The notes below the pieces were generated by a model. The model did no database searches, was not told the origin of the DNA, and was given only the letters and a program-made list of their open reading frames with translations. 64,000 bases of DNA. Source: Nitrospirota bacterium. Its GTDB lineage: Bacteria; Nitrospirota; UBA9217. The position numbers and the translations under genes are program-made. Within the stretch, counting starts at the first letter, position 1. Each line of letters opens with the position of its first letter. This document shows positions 20,490-30,123 of this stretch, in pieces. The stretch lies in assembly GCA_963840455.1 (NCBI GenBank), contig CAWIYV010000007.1, positions 224,001 to 288,000 on the forward strand, given 5' to 3'.

Positions 20490-21923
20490 TTGGACTTTCA
20501 ACTCCTCTCACAGGTCGTCGATGAGCTTGCCAACATCCTTCGTGGTGCGAAGGTGGACAAGGTGGTCCAAGGCCCCGGCGAAAGACTTCTCCTCGTCTTC
20601 CATCAGGCAAAAAAGAACTATTACCTGTTACTCTCTCCGGACCGTTCGCTTCCCCGCATGCATCTGGTTTCCCCGAAGCCTGCAGGTACAGGCACCCCAG
20701 CAGGGTTCTCTCTCTATCTCAGAAAACATCTTACCGGCAGCCGCGTCCAGGGCATCCGTATTCTGGACCGGGACCGTGTCGTTGAGCTCCTGTTCACAGG
20801 CCCTCATGGTCCTTCTCTCCTCATCTTCGAGCTGACCGGCTCGGTCACGAACATCCTCCTGACCGATGCCTCTCGTACGATCCTATCGGTCCTTCATCCC
20901 GTGCCGCCGGGAGACAGGGTCAGGAGGCCATTCCTTCCCGGTCTGACCTATCTTCCTCCTGAAAAACGGCCACGTACGGCAACGGCAACGCGCGGCAGCG
21001 TCACCGTCGCCCCCGTGGAAGGGTACGATGGGATTGCGCCGGTCAACAGAGCCGTGGAAGCATGGTACGAACGGGCCATTGCCGAACGAGAGGCTTCCTC
21101 GCTTAGGCAACAGCTCATTTCGGCGCTAAAAAAAGCAACGGCCCGCGCCGAGCGCAGACAGGAGGCGGTTTCCGGAGATGTCGCCGGAGCGGAGCGGGGA
21201 GACGAATACCGCCTGGCCGGCGATATGCTGCTCGCGAACAAGCACCGGATAACGAAAGGGCAGGAACGCGCAGAACTTCCCGGCTATGATGGCACGCTGG
21301 TTTCCGTTCCCCTTGACCCGGCGCGTACACCCGTGGAGAATGCCAACCGGTATTATCAGCGCTACAAGAAGGCCAAGGCCGGGCTTGCGATGATGCGGGA
21401 GCGGCTCGCGGAGGCAGGCGAAGAGGTCGCGTTCCTCAGGACTGTGCGCGAGGACCTGGATGCTGCTGAAGACCGGGAGAGGCTGCTCGCGGTCCGGTCC
21501 CTGCTGGCGCAGCGCGGGTATGTCCGGGACGCTGCAGGGAGGTCCCCGGGAAAACGCGCCGCGGCTTCGCCGCCCTTCCGGACGATCGAATTTGAAGGAT
21601 GGCACATCCTGGTGGGGAAGAGCGCTGCAGGCAATGATTATATCACCATGAGGCTTGCCCGCCCTGACGATCTATGGCTTCACGCCGAAGGCATGCCGGG
21701 CTCCCACGTGGTCGTGAGGAACCCCGGTGTACGTGACATCCCTGAGGGGGTCCTCCGAAAAGCGGCTTCCCTGGCTGCCTACTACAGCAAGGGGAAAAGC
21801 TCCGCCAAGGTCCCCGTAGCGTACACACGGGCGGCGCTGGTGAAGAAGCCGAAGGGGGCCGGTCAGGGCACGGTGGTCCTCACTGGGAGGAGGACCATCA
21901 TGGCCGTTCCTGAACTCGACTAA
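20490..21923 (+). CDS. rqcH: RqcH/NFACT (FbpA-like) ribosome quality control protein
   Basis: DRVVELLF, FELTG..NILL, ENANRYYQRYKKAK, VGKSAAGND and WLHAEGMPGSHV motifs; TTG start. Confidence 0.85.
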   Translation: MDFQLLSQVVDELANILRGAKVDKVVQGPGERLLLVFHQAKKNYYLLLSPDRSLPRMHLVSPKPAGTGTPAGFSLYLRKHLTGSRVQGIRILDRDRVVELLFTGPHGPSLLIFELTGSVTNILLTDASRTILSVLHPVPPGDRVRRPFLPGLTYLPPEKRPRTATATRGSVTVAPVEGYDGIAPVNRAVEAWYERAIAEREASSLRQQLISALKKATARAERRQEAVSGDVAGAERGDEYRLAGDMLLANKHRITKGQERAELPGYDGTLVSVPLDPARTPVENANRYYQRYKKAKAGLAMMRERLAEAGEEVAFLRTVREDLDAAEDRERLLAVRSLLAQRGYVRDAAGRSPGKRAAASPPFRTIEFEGWHILVGKSAAGNDYITMRLARPDDLWLHAEGMPGSHVVVRNPGVRDIPEGVLRKAASLAAYYSKGKSSAKVPVAYTRAALVKKPKGAGQGTVVLTGRRTIMAVPELD

Positions 21924-21939
21924 AGTTGCAGATTGTTTC

Positions 21940-21968
21940 TTGACAAGGTCTTCCCATCTGCCTATAAT
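21940..21968 (+). promoter_or_regulatory. Consensus sigma70 promoter for the cNMP-ppx pair
   Basis: TTGACA (21940-45), 17-nt spacer, TATAAT (21963-68); perfect consensus. Confidence 0.8.
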
Positions 21969-22000
21969 TGCCCATATTTTATTTACTCTCCGGTACGTCC

Positions 22001-22453
22001 ATGGAAACCATAGATCTGCTGAAAAAGAACCTGCTCTTCAAAGGCTGCACCCACGATGACTTCGAGCTTCTCTCGGGCCTGTTCGTGGAACGCAAGGTGA
22101 GCGCCAACACGACCATTTTCAGTGAAAAGATGCCGGGCGAAGCCCTGTATATCATCAAAAGCGGCGAGATCAGGATATCGCTCATGGCAGGCGAAGGCGA
22201 GGAGGTCGGCCTGCTGCAGCTCGGCCCCGGCGACTTCTTCGGGGAGATCGCCCTGCTCCAGGAATCGAGCCGTGCCGTCACCGCGCGGTCGGAGACCGCC
22301 GCTGAGGTCATCATGCTCAGCCGGAAGGATTTCCTCGCGCTTCTGGACCTCGACCCGCGGGTCGCGGCAAAGGTCACCCTCTCCATCGCACGGCTGTTGG
22401 CGATGCGCGTCAAAGCATACAGCACCAAGCTCCGGGAACACCTCCTTTCATGA
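22001..22453 (+). CDS. Stand-alone cyclic-nucleotide-binding domain protein
   Basis: LYIIKSGEIRI and GDFFGEIALL..RAVTAR motifs; no HTH. Confidence 0.85.
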   Translation: METIDLLKKNLLFKGCTHDDFELLSGLFVERKVSANTTIFSEKMPGEALYIIKSGEIRISLMAGEGEEVGLLQLGPGDFFGEIALLQESSRAVTARSETAAEVIMLSRKDFLALLDLDPRVAAKVTLSIARLLAMRVKAYSTKLREHLLS

Positions 22454-23409
22454 TCCTGGCCGGGATCGATATCGGCACGAACACCATCCGACTGCTGGTG
22501 ACAAAGACCAGCGACACCTCACATCAGGAACTGTATTCAGGCAGGACCATCACCCGTCTCGGGCAGGGCCTCGACCGCACCGGAGCGCTCGCTCCTGACG
22601 CGCAGGAGCGGACCCTCAAAGTCCTCGAGGAATTTGCCGCGATCATCACGAACCATGCCGTCGATCGCACGGCGGCCGTCGGGACGAGCGCGCTCCGGAA
22701 CGCTGCGAACGCCGCGGAGTTCATCACAGGAGCAAAACAGCGCGCCGGGATCGGCATCACGATCATAAGCGGCGAGGAGGAGGCGCAGCTTACGCTCACG
22801 GGTGTCCGTCACGCCCTTTCACGCGGCGGCAACGCCGGTGCGGATCCCCTTGCGTCAGCCCTGGTGATTGACATCGGCGGCGGCAGCACCGAGCTCATCG
22901 TGACCCGCCAGGGCGGTATCGCGTCTCTGGAGAGCCTTCCGCTGGGCGCCGTATATCTTACCGAACGATTCGTGCATCACGATCCCCCCTCAAGAGACGA
23001 ATTGGACAACCTCCGAAAGGCCGTCACGCGAGAACTGGATGCTCTTCATGCAAAGCACATCCGTCCTGCTTCCCTCACGACCTGCGCGGGTACGGCCGGC
23101 ACGATAACGACCCTTGCCGCCATGGACCAGGAGCTCAAGGCATATGATCCCGACAGGATCAACGGATACGTGCTGTCGAGAGCATCCCTCGACAGCATGG
23201 TGGCCGTGCTGTCCGTGACCACGCTGGATGCAAGAAGAACGATCGCAGGCCTCGAGCATGGTCGTGAGGACATCATCCTGGCCGGCGCCATCATTGCCCA
23301 GGAGATCATGGACCGCTGTGGCGCCCAAGGGATGCTGGTGAGCGACTGGGGGCTGCGCGAAGGGATAGTGTTCGATCTGTACGAGAAATCGAGAAACGGC
23401 AAAGGATGA
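22450..23409 (+). CDS. ppx: Ppx/GppA exopolyphosphatase (short form)
   Basis: IDIGTNTIRL, GTSALRNAAN, ISGEEEA, DIGGGSTE and SDWGLREG motifs. Confidence 0.92.
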   Translation: MILAGIDIGTNTIRLLVTKTSDTSHQELYSGRTITRLGQGLDRTGALAPDAQERTLKVLEEFAAIITNHAVDRTAAVGTSALRNAANAAEFITGAKQRAGIGITIISGEEEAQLTLTGVRHALSRGGNAGADPLASALVIDIGGGSTELIVTRQGGIASLESLPLGAVYLTERFVHHDPPSRDELDNLRKAVTRELDALHAKHIRPASLTTCAGTAGTITTLAAMDQELKAYDPDRINGYVLSRASLDSMVAVLSVTTLDARRTIAGLEHGREDIILAGAIIAQEIMDRCGAQGMLVSDWGLREGIVFDLYEKSRNGKG

Positions 23410-23741
23410 AAGGCTCTGCCGCGGAGGCGCAGAGGTCGCAGAGAGAACGCTCGTTGCTGATGGCTTATAGCTGAGCGCCATGACCGAGGGGCCGAGAGCC
23501 GCATGACCATGATGGATACCGATGGGAACGGATGGGGCATCACGTATCCCGCTGATTTTTGCCTGTGTATTATCCCTGAAAAGTGTAAAGCCGTACGCAT
23601 GAGTGGAACATCTGTAGCGCATCTGGGTTCCTCTGTGTTTTCGGTGCCTCTGTGGCGAAAACGATCCGCTTTTTGCTTCATATGGCCTTTTGTCATACAG
23701 CATGATTTCATAGTATAATTGATCATGAGAGGGCCTTCCCG

Positions 23742-25112
23742 ATGCCTGATGCACGCATACTCATCATGGACGACGAAGCGCAGGAACGCCACAGGATCGG
23801 CTCGTTCCTGAAACACAGGGGTTACGAGGTCACGGCCCTGGAGAGCGTGGCCGAAGCCATGACGGCCATGCAGCGCGAGCGCTACGACGTGTTCCTGACG
23901 GACTGCAACATTCCGGGCGTGGATGCGCTCCAGACTTCGGGCGAGGCCCGGAGGATCAATCCCGACATGGCGGTCATCATCATGACCTCCTTCGGCACTA
24001 TCGAGACCGCGGTCAAGGCCATCAGGGCCGGCGCCTACGACTACCTGCCCAAGCCCATCGATCTGGAACAGCTCGTCGTACTCATCAACCGCATCTCCGA
24101 ACGCCAGAGCCTCCTACGGGAGAATGCTTCGCTCCGGGAGCAGCTCCGGGAGCGCTACGCGTTCGAGCAGATCACCAGCACCAGCCATGCCATGGAAGAG
24201 GTCATGAACATGGCGGGACGCGTTGCGTCGAGCAATGCCACTGTCCTCTTGCGGGGGGAGAGCGGTACCGGCAAGGAGCTGATCGCACGGGCCATCCATT
24301 ACCACAGTCCCCGCGCGAGCCAGCCCCTCATCAAGGTGAATTGCGCCGCCCTGCCCGAAACGCTCCTGGAGAGCGAGCTCTTCGGCCATGAAAAGGGCGC
24401 CTTTACAGGCGCGGCGGGGAAGCGCATCGGACGGTTCGAGGCTGCGGACAAGGGGACGCTGTTCCTGGATGAGATCGGGGACATACCGTTGTCCGTTCAA
24501 GTAAAGCTCCTGCGGGTCCTCCAGGAGAAGGAGTTCGAGCGCATCGGCGGCAACGAGACCATCAAGACGGACGTGCGGCTGGTCGCGGCCACCAACCGTG
24601 ACCTGGAAAAAGCGATGAAGGACGGATCGTTCAGGGAAGACCTGTATTACCGGCTGAACGTGGTGACCGTCGCCATTCCTCCGCTCCGTGACCGGAAAGA
24701 GGACATCCCCGCGCTGATGGAACATTTCATCAAGAAGTACAGCATGGAGAACAAGAAGAAGATCACCGGTGTGACCGCGGAAGCGCGGGACCTGCTGATG
24801 CGCTACTCCTATCCCGGGAACGTGCGGGAGCTCGAGAACATCATCGAACGTGCCGTCGTACTGGTGAAGAGCGAGACCATTACCTCAGCGGAGATCCCGC
24901 TGCATCTGAAGACCGTGGAGATCGAGGAGAAGATCTGCGTGGCGAAGCGAGACGGGTCCTTGACCGACACCCTTGAAACGCTGGAGCGCGGCATCATCAT
25001 GGAAGCCATGAAGGCCGCTGGAGGCGTCCAGACCCGGGCAGCGGAAAAGCTCGGCATCAGCGAGCGGGTGTTGAGGTATAAGCTGACGAAGTACAAGATC
25101 AAGGAGCAATAA
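23742..25112 (+). CDS. Sigma54-dependent response regulator (NtrC/AtoC/ZraR type)
   Basis: REC domain; [42 protein letters not shown]; Fis-type HTH. Confidence 0.93.
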   Translation: MPDARILIMDDEAQERHRIGSFLKHRGYEVTALESVAEAMTAMQRERYDVFLTDCNIPGVDALQTSGEARRINPDMAVIIMTSFGTIETAVKAIRAGAYDYLPKPIDLEQLVVLINRISERQSLLRENASLREQLRERYAFEQITSTSHAMEEVMNMAGRVASSNATVLLRGESGTGKELIARAIHYHSPRASQPLIKVNCAALPETLLESELFGHEKGAFTGAAGKRIGRFEAADKGTLFLDEIGDIPLSVQVKLLRVLQEKEFERIGGNETIKTDVRLVAATNRDLEKAMKDGSFREDLYYRLNVVTVAIPPLRDRKEDIPALMEHFIKKYSMENKKKITGVTAEARDLLMRYSYPGNVRELENIIERAVVLVKSETITSAEIPLHLKTVEIEEKICVAKRDGSLTDTLETLERGIIMEAMKAAGGVQTRAAEKLGISERVLRYKLTKYKIKEQ

Positions 25113-25113
25113 G

Positions 25114-25347
25114 ATGAAAAGTACCTGGTCGCTGATCATTGTCGCTGCTGCCGTCCTTCTCCTTCTGTTCTTCCTGTCATCCGCCGGAAAGAAGCCTCCC
25201 CTTATTCCTCTCGATAGCCTTCATGCCGATCTCAAGACGAATGAAGCATGCCTGCTCTGTCATGCACCCGGGAAGAGTGCTCCGCTGAAAGACACGCATC
25301 CCCCAAAGGAACAATGCGTTGTCTGTCATAAGCCTGGGAAAGGATGA
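25114..25347 (+). CDS. Small membrane-anchored or secreted diheme cytochrome c
   Basis: N-terminal hydrophobic segment; CLLCH and CVVCH; extra His residues as possible distal ligands. Confidence 0.75.
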   Translation: MKSTWSLIIVAAAVLLLLFFLSSAGKKPPLIPLDSLHADLKTNEACLLCHAPGKSAPLKDTHPPKEQCVVCHKPGKG

Positions 25348-25450
25348 GCGCTCGTTATGATACGGGCCGTTTGCTACTTCCTGATACATTCACAGAAGCC
25401 ATGATCATTCGGAGTACGATGTTCATTGAGAAATTGTCGGCTCTTCTATT

Positions 25451-25720
25451 TTATCTATTACAGGATTTCAGATTATTTGATTCGAAGGAGTTTATGTATA
25501 GTCGACTATTAAGAAATGCCCTTAACTCGATCAACGCATTGATTATACAAATATCACATGTTTTAGGGGAAAGAGATAGGGTCAGCGAAAGTGCTTTGAC
25601 CTGGCGCATGGAAAAAGTGCTTATCGAGGAAATGACGGAAACAGGAATGGTTCGACTAATATATCTCGAAAGACTGTCCCGAAAAATGCCTTTAATAGTA
25701 ACTAACGCTATAGAAAACAT
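25451..25720 (-). pseudogene. Truncated remnant of a pilin-locus ABC permease
   Basis: IALVTIKGIFRD...SISTFSMRQVKALSLTLSLS resembles the N-terminus of Geobacter pilin-associated ABC permeases (recalled, not searched); similarity then degrades. Confidence 0.5.
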
Positions 25721-25756
25721 TTGGACGGTCCTTCAAAACCAAGAAGAAGCAGTAAT

Positions 25757-25792
25757 AAAAAAATCAAGGGTTGAGGAGCAGCCCTCAACCCT
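25757..25792 (-). terminator. Terminator after the pilA-N/pilA-C unit
   Basis: 10-bp stem agggttgagg/cctcaaccct followed by a T7 run on the minus strand. Confidence 0.7.
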
Positions 25793-26048
25793 CTGTCGTA
25801 ATCTGCTATAACTACCAAAATTAGATAGCCGTCTCTGAAGTGCAGTAGGTAGGTTTTCCGTTTATAAACGGCGTTGCAGTAGTAGGAGGCATTGACTGCA
25901 GTCCTCCGTTCGTATCATTTGACGATTGATACTATGCAGCGGCACAATATCCCATAGGAATAGACTTAATGTTAACAGTTACACCTGTCGAAGAAGCGTA
26001 CGTACCTCCTCCGAATATTGTTGAAACCATAGTGCAATTATTTTTTCT

Positions 26049-27426
26049 GGCTCTTCCGACTTTTCAATGGGCCTAAATTAGGCCCTGATAGCAATTTCAT
26101 CCGCCACTGGTGCGGTTAACTCGCTTTGCTTGTTCTTTGAAAACTTGACACGTTTGGGTGCAGGGAGTAAGGTCTTGTCTCATGAAAAGGACCTCGCTCC
26201 AGTCGCTCTACAGTTTTCCCGGTTTTCGAGCTCTCGCCACGCTCAAGGAAGCCCCTGGTGATCCAAGTGGCCGCGTTATTGTTCTTCGACGGCGGCAAAA
26301 AAAACGACCTGTTCCTGCGGGCACCGTCAAAAGGGCTTCTACGATCGGACAACCCATCAGATCCGGGACCTGGACGCTGGCGGCATCAGCATCTACTTGG
26401 AGTTCGAGTACCGCCGGGTGCGCTGCAAGAGGTGCCAGGCCGTGAAGCGAGAGACCTTGGCATGGCTTGCATCCTCCAAGCGCTTTACCGGGCGGTTCGA
26501 GCAGGCCATCGGCCGCCAGTGCCGGGAGATGTCCATTGCCCGAGTGGCCGAGATGAATCGCTTAAGCTGGGACCAGGTCCAGCGCATCGAGAAGAACTAT
26601 ATGCGCCAGCTCGTTGCCCAGCATCCGCCGTCAGATAATCTTCGGGCCATCGGAATCGACGAGGTTTCCATCTCCAAGGGCCATACCTATGCGATCGTCG
26701 TCGCCGACATGGATCAGCAGCGCCCGATCTGGCTTGGCGGCGAAGGCCGCAAGGAAGAGGATATGGACCTCTTCTTCAAGGAAATCGGGCCGGATCGAGC
26801 GAAAAGCATCCAACTCGCAGTCATGGACATGTGGAAGCCCTTCAGAAACTCCACGCTGAACCATGCGCCATCCGCCCAGCTTGTCTTCGATAAGTTCCAT
26901 GTGCTGAATCATCTTTCAAGAGCCATGGATGACGTCAGGCGGCGCGAGTACAAACGTGTCAGTGAGAAAGAACGACGGTTCATCAAGGGCCAGCGGTACA
27001 CGCTGCTTTCCAACCGGGAGAACCTGGATTTGGACGGCAAGCGGGCCTTGACGCTCCTGCTCAAGGCCAACAGCCGTATCCACAAGGCCTATCTTCTCAA
27101 AGAGTCTTTCAGCCAGCTCTGGTCGTACAACAATCCGACCTGGGCGCGGAAGTTCTTTGAGAACTGGAAAGCGCAGCTCCGATGGAGCCGCTTGGAACCC
27201 TTTCAGAAATTCGCTGCAATGATCGAGCGGCATTGGGATGGCATCATCAGCTACTGCCATCCCGATCACAAAGTCTCCCTCGGCTTCATGGAGGGATTAA
27301 ACAACAAGATACGAGTGATTCAACGTCGGGCCTACGGCATCAAGGACAGGGAGTATCTGCGACTCAAAGTGCTGACTTCCTTCCTCCCAGATGCCAAAAA
27401 GGACCCACACTAAACCCGGAAGACCC
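26049..27426 (+). mobile_element. ISL3-family insertion sequence, 1378 bp
   Basis: Imperfect terminal IRs ggctcttccgacttttcaatggg / cccacactaaacccggaagaccc; 8-bp TSD ttttttct at 26041-48 and 27427-34. Confidence 0.93.
26182..27413 (+). CDS. ISL3 transposase assembled by a -1 frameshift at the A8 run (26297-26304)
   Basis: ORF1 MKRTSL...RRRQKK. The -1 frame continues KTTCSCGH..YDR..IRDL..LEFEYRRVRCKRC, then IGIDE, VMDMW, FDKFH, EGLNNKIRVIQRRAYG. Confidence 0.85.
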
Positions 27427-27565
27427 TTTTTTCTTATCGTCGTTTCAGCAGATGCAGGTCCTGCAATTGCGAAGCAGAATATTACCGCGATCATTATAAC
27501 AATAATCTCTTTCATCTAAGGAGCTCATTTCTCAAGATGTTCTGAGATATGGTAATCGAGACTAA

Positions 27566-27769
27566 CTAAAAAACAGGATATGCCTGAGTATCAAGCACGG
27601 ATGCTTCCATCAGGGTCTTGAAATTTCTGAGATCGCTTTGGGCCGCTGCGTTGTAAGCTTTCACACGATATGACGCGAACTGCGGGATGGCGATGGCCGC
27701 CAGGATGGCGATGATTGCCACCACGATAAGGAGCTCGATAAGGGTAAAACCTTTCTTGTTCTTAAGCAT
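27566..27769 (-). CDS. pilA: Short Geobacter-type type IV pilin (PilA-N), 60-aa mature
   Basis: Prepilin cleavage KKG|FTLIELLIVVAII; mature ...IPQFASYRVKAYNAAAQSDLRN..YP; GGAGGT RBS. Confidence 0.92.
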   Translation of the reverse strand: MLKNKKGFTLIELLIVVAIIAILAAIAIPQFASYRVKAYNAAAQSDLRNFKTLMEASVLDTQAYPVF

Positions 27770-28224
27770 TGTCCTACCTCCCATAACACGTGTTAGATCG
27801 TTGTTTCCTAGCCTTGTTTAAGCAATTTGTGCTAAAGGCCGATTAGAGAAAGCAAAAAATGCTAGAAATGGCTGCAACTCTCAGCGATCGTTCACACATT
27901 TGAATCATGAGATGACAATTACTTTTATAATAACGCCAGGAAAGTGTCTGTGATTCGAGTTACAATATCTTGGGATACCTATCATATGGTTGTTGAAGGT
28001 TCACGCCTCGTCGGCATATGTCAAGAGCGGAGCGCCTGCGGTGATGCTACCCGATAGTAATGACGAACCCCTGATTATTGTACCAGTTAGAGATTTGTAC
28101 TTTTGAGTCGTGATGGCTCCCATTTTTTTGCACTGATCTGCAATTTTCAACCCGTATTCTGCTCTTATTGTCTATCGAGTTTTAGTGCGTACTTGTAGGC
28201 GAACTAATATAATTTGAGAGGTGA

Positions 28225-28935
28225 ATGATGGCAAACTATCTTCTCATACACGGAGCCATGCGCGGCGCATGGCTGTGGGACAAGCTGATGCCGCTCTTGA
28301 TGAAGGGCGGGGGGAACCCCATCGCGGTCGACCTGCCGGGCCACGGTGACCGGAAGGCTGACAGTTCATGGGTGACCATGTCCAATTACATAAGCGACGT
28401 CATCGATTTCATCAGGAAGGAGAACCTCAAGGACCTGGTGCTCGTGGGCCACAGCATGTCGGGGATCATCATAAGCAAGGTGGCGGAAGAGATGCCGGAA
28501 AGGATAAAGCACCTGGTCTACCTGGCAGCGGTGGTGCCGAAGGACAACGAGGCGCTCATCGACCTGCTCACGAAGGAACGTCAGGAAACGCTCCAGAAGC
28601 TGCACGGGAAGGTGAAGGAGGTCTTTGGAACGCCGGAGCAGCTGGGGCCGATGTACTTCACCGACCAGGAAGGCGAGGAGAAGGAATTCTACATGAAGCA
28701 GCTGACGCCACAGCCGCTTGCGCCCTTCTTCGAGAAGATCCACTTCAATCAGTTCCCGAAGATCGATACCCCCAAGACCTATATCCTGGGGCTCAGGGAC
28801 AAGAGCCTGCCGCCTGAACTGACGAGAAAGTTTGCCGAACGGCTGGAGGTGACGCCGGTGGAAATAGACGCGGGCCACGACATGATGGTGTCGCGGCCCG
28901 ACGAAGTAGCGAAGGTACTGCTGCATATCGAATGA
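28225..28935 (+). CDS. Alpha/beta hydrolase (methylesterase-like)
   Basis: LIHGA..GAW, DLPGHG, nucleophile motif GHSMSG, D and H (GHDMM) triad residues. Confidence 0.88.
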   Translation: MMANYLLIHGAMRGAWLWDKLMPLLMKGGGNPIAVDLPGHGDRKADSSWVTMSNYISDVIDFIRKENLKDLVLVGHSMSGIIISKVAEEMPERIKHLVYLAAVVPKDNEALIDLLTKERQETLQKLHGKVKEVFGTPEQLGPMYFTDQEGEEKEFYMKQLTPQPLAPFFEKIHFNQFPKIDTPKTYILGLRDKSLPPELTRKFAERLEVTPVEIDAGHDMMVSRPDEVAKVLLHIE

Positions 28936-28968
28936 ACCGAGCAGTCACAAAAGGGTGAGGGGGTAGTG

Positions 28969-29295
28969 CTAATCCTTGTGACAGCGCTTGCAGCTGTTCG
29001 CGTCCTTTACATCGAACGCTTTTGTGCCATCGTGGCATTTCCCACAGAAGGCGCCCTTGGTCAGGGCGCTCATTTCGATTTTATACGACGTTCCGCCCAT
29101 CTGGAATGTCTTGTAATGGCAGTCGTTGCACTTGAAGCCCTTGAGGGTCACGTGTTGTTCATGCTTGAACAGCACCTTGCCGGCCCCTTTGGGATTGAAC
29201 TCCACATCACCGCCACCGACCTTGGACAGGGCCGTGAACGGCGCAAGGGTCATCGCCCCCGCCAGGAACGCAGTCGCCACAATGGCTGCCTTCAT
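28969..29295 (-). CDS. c7-type triheme cytochrome (paralog 3)
   Basis: Signal peptide; FKHEQH, CNDCH, CGKCH, CKRCH. Confidence 0.9.
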   Translation of the reverse strand: MKAAIVATAFLAGAMTLAPFTALSKVGGGDVEFNPKGAGKVLFKHEQHVTLKGFKCNDCHYKTFQMGGTSYKIEMSALTKGAFCGKCHDGTKAFDVKDANSCKRCHKD

Positions 29296-29313
29296 AATGA
29301 TGTCCTCCTTGGA

Positions 29314-29628
29314 TCACCTCTTGTGGCATCGGGTGCAGTTCTTTGCTGAAGCTGCGTCAAAGCTTTTCATGCCGTTATGGCAGTGCGAGCAAAAATCGCG
29401 CTTGGTGATCGATTCCTTTTTCATTTCGTACCCCTGCCCCTTGGAGAACTTTTGGAAGTGGCAGGCCGCGCACTTGAGTCCCCGGGCTTTTGAATGGAAG
29501 TCGTGACTGAACTGCACGGGGTCGACACCCACAGGCTTGAATTCGATGTCCCCGCCGCCGACAGCAGATGCCGTCGATGCCGCGGCAAGGAGGAACAGTA
29601 TGGCGTTCAACAATAATGCGTTCCGCAT
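29314..29628 (-). CDS. c7-type triheme cytochrome (paralog 2)
   Basis: Signal peptide; FSHDFH, CAACH, CSHCH, CTRCH. Confidence 0.9.
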   Translation of the reverse strand: MRNALLLNAILFLLAAASTASAVGGGDIEFKPVGVDPVQFSHDFHSKARGLKCAACHFQKFSKGQGYEMKKESITKRDFCSHCHNGMKSFDAASAKNCTRCHKR

Positions 29629-29645
29629 GGTACCCCCGGAATGGT

Positions 29646-29966
29646 CTATTTATGGCACTTGGCGCAGTTTTCCGTGGCCTTCACATCGAAGGATTTCTGT
29701 CCGTTGTGGCACTTTCCGCAGAAATCCCCCTTGGTGAGCTTGCTCATGTCCATCTTGTACGAACCCTGCGCCATCTGGAATATCTGGTAATGACAGCCGG
29801 TGCACTTGATGCCCTTGTCCTTGACGTGGGCCTCATGGCTGAACGTCACCGGGCTCGCGTTCTTGGGCGTGAACTTGATGTCTCCGCCACCGACCTTCTG
29901 TGCGGCGGCCGTATACGGGACAACCAGACACATAACCAGAAGCACGGTCACTGCTATTTTCTTCAT
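29646..29966 (-). CDS. c7-type triheme cytochrome (paralog 1)
   Basis: Signal peptide; FSHEAH, CTGCH, CGKCH, CAKCH; GGAGGT RBS. Confidence 0.9.
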   Translation of the reverse strand: MKKIAVTVLLVMCLVVPYTAAAQKVGGGDIKFTPKNASPVTFSHEAHVKDKGIKCTGCHYQIFQMAQGSYKMDMSKLTKGDFCGKCHNGQKSFDVKATENCAKCHK

Positions 29967-30123
29967 CAGTCAATACCTCCCCCTCATCAATAAAATAACC
30001 CTATGTCACGGATTATAGCATAGTGGTCACGAAACACAAGCCTTTCTTTATGAATATCATACGGTTGAATGCGGCTTCTGGTATAATTGAACCGTACAAA
30101 CATTCCCTTCGAGAGGTGACGCC

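Larger units (their letters stand above)
25821..27515 (-). pseudogene. PilA-C-like secreted pilin partner interrupted by ISL3 and an in-frame TAG
   Basis: Removing the IS and one TSD joins MKEIIVIMIAVIFCFAIAGPASAETTIRK in frame to NNCTMVSTIFGGGTYASSTGVTVNIKSIPMGYCAAA*YQSS...ETAI*. TAG at 25932-34, TAA at 25821-23. Confidence 0.7.

Noticed and set aside
25344-25811. 155-aa plus-strand ORF
   Set aside because: Probably a shadow: it overlaps a minus-strand terminator and the ABC-permease remnant, and has no recognisable motifs.
25932-25934. In-frame TAG in the pilA-C-like gene as pyrrolysine or readthrough
   Set aside because: The gene is already IS-disrupted and no pyl context is present; a nonsense mutation is simpler.
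27815-27840. Sigma54 promoter for pilA (TAGCAC-AAA-TTGCT on the minus strand)
   Set aside because: It lacks the GG and the spacing is 2 nt short of GG-N10-GC; at best a decayed site.
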